From positions 1 through 64,000 of IMG/VR virus record IMGVR_UViG_3300032782_000001: 64,000 bases of DNA, one strand, 5' to 3'. A program made the position numbers and the translations under genes. The notes below the pieces were generated by a model, which worked only from the letters and a program-made list of their open reading frames with translations, made no database searches and had not been told where the DNA came from. This document shows, piece by piece, positions 63,015-64,000 of the stretch (position 1 is the stretch's first letter; every line of letters starts with the position of its first letter).

Positions 63015-63233
63015 ATGAAACAGTTCAAGTTAGGCATTGGGCTTCACGGGATAGTGAAAAAACATCGTTGGATTCGGACGTCTGAGTCTCAACGTCAACC
63101 TGGCGATGCTTATTATTTCAAATGGAAATGTCGGCGTTGCGATACTACAACGAGTTTCCGACGCAAGAAACCCAAGTCTCCTGAGTTCGGAGACTGTGCA
63201 GAAGCTATCATCCGTCAGGTGATGGACTCGTAG
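63015..63233 (+). CDS. VMES-tag protein, HxW/CxxC type
   Basis: ends CAEAIIRQVMDS. Confidence 0.8.
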   Translation: MKQFKLGIGLHGIVKKHRWIRTSESQRQPGDAYYFKWKCRRCDTTTSFRRKKPKSPEFGDCAEAIIRQVMDS

Positions 63234-63266
63234 AGATCGGGCCTTTTATTCCGTAATGACATCGAG

Positions 63267-63893
63267 ATGAAACTCTCTAGGGTCATCCCATTCTTCCTGT
63301 TGTTCAATCTCGGATCCTGTTTCCAGGATCGGACGCCACAGAGTTCGAAGGAGATGCCTGCGCTATCTTCTCCGAGTCCGTCTGTTGTCGAATCCGTAGC
63401 GGCACCCGCGGCTACTCGCGCTCCCGTTGTGGAGACTTACTTTTCGCCGAAAGGTGGATGTACCGACGCCATCGTAGCTCGAATTGAGAAGTCCAAAAGC
63501 ATTCGGGTCCTCGCCTATTCTTTCACGTCTAAACCCATCATTGCCGCGCTCATTGTATCTCAACAGAAATATGGAGACGTCAAAGTTGTTCTGGATCGGG
63601 AGGACGAGGATTCGGATCAATCCAAACAGTTAATGGATGCGGGGATCCCTGTTTGGATCGATAAAATGCACGCCATCGCTCACCAGAAAGTCATGATCTT
63701 CGATGGTGAGATTACCGAAGAAGGTAGTTTCAATTACACGCAACAGGCAGAAACTAGTAACTCCGAGAATTGCAATTTCATCCACATTGGAGCAGTGTCT
63801 CAGGACTACCTCTCGAATTGGGAACTTCATCAATCCCATTCAGTAGTCCCGGGGACTACGCCCGTCTCCACGAAAAAGAAACGGTTCAAATAA
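63267..63893 (+). CDS. phospholipase D-family (Nuc-like) nuclease with lipoprotein-like signal
   Basis: FSP.GG, AYSFT, HQKxxxxD, GSFN...N.E; LGSC lipobox-like. Confidence 0.85.
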   Translation: MKLSRVIPFFLLFNLGSCFQDRTPQSSKEMPALSSPSPSVVESVAAPAATRAPVVETYFSPKGGCTDAIVARIEKSKSIRVLAYSFTSKPIIAALIVSQQKYGDVKVVLDREDEDSDQSKQLMDAGIPVWIDKMHAIAHQKVMIFDGEITEEGSFNYTQQAETSNSENCNFIHIGAVSQDYLSNWELHQSHSVVPGTTPVSTKKKRFK

Positions 63894-64000
63894 TGGTAGA
63901 GAAGATTAAGGATTGTCCTTGCTATTCATGTCTGGATGACCCGGATGCTGGATTAGAAAATCCAGTCTTCCAGAGAATGGTTCTTTGCCCTATATGCGGA

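Noticed and set aside
50734-63233. Integron-like attC array or purely DNA-level repeat explaining VMES
   Set aside because: No GTTRRRY/RYYYAAC sites or integrase seen, genes overlap with no intergenic room, and synonymous variation including TCN versus AGY Ser points to peptide-level selection.
5438-63233. Stop-codon recoding joining tagged ORFs into polyproteins
   Set aside because: TGA, TAA and TAG all end tagged ORFs, the next genes are usually in a different frame, and long enzymes are intact under the standard code.

Overview
Gene-dense accessory region of a large (probably jumbo) dsDNA bacteriophage; the phage origin is inferred from gene size, content and organisation, and no capsid, terminase or polymerase is in the window. 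It holds about 150 mostly small ORFs, mainly on the - strand from 1 to 21.5 kb and on the + strand from 21.7 to 64 kb. Recognisable genes: metallophosphoesterase, tRNA-Leu(UAA), frameshifted DMP19/DUF4375-like gene, MoxR-type AAA+ ATPase, two ParB-fold proteins, DUF2201-type metallopeptidase/VWA protein, stand-alone BRCT protein, DUF6011-like protein, ATP-dependent DNA ligase with an N-terminal SWIM finger, C39-like peptidase, CYTH protein, HNH protein and PLD-family nuclease. The dominant unexplained signal is that about 85 otherwise unrelated proteins (manual count) end in the same C-terminal peptide, roughly (S/T)xEE(F/Y/W)hhx(E/Q/S)V(M/H)(E/D)S-stop (the 'VMES tag'). It is attached to small Zn-binding modules, membrane proteins and larger unrelated domains, and is encoded with synonymous codons, which suggests a modular docking-tag or adaptor system. 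Other layers: a roughly 33-copy promoter/RBS cassette (CGNAA(A/G)T(T/C)C-N12-CGTA(T/C)-N8-GGAGGTGAC) often folded into hairpins, a ~354-nt promoter-led pseudoknotted candidate ncRNA, and a dispersed TGGCA-N17-TGCCA palindrome.
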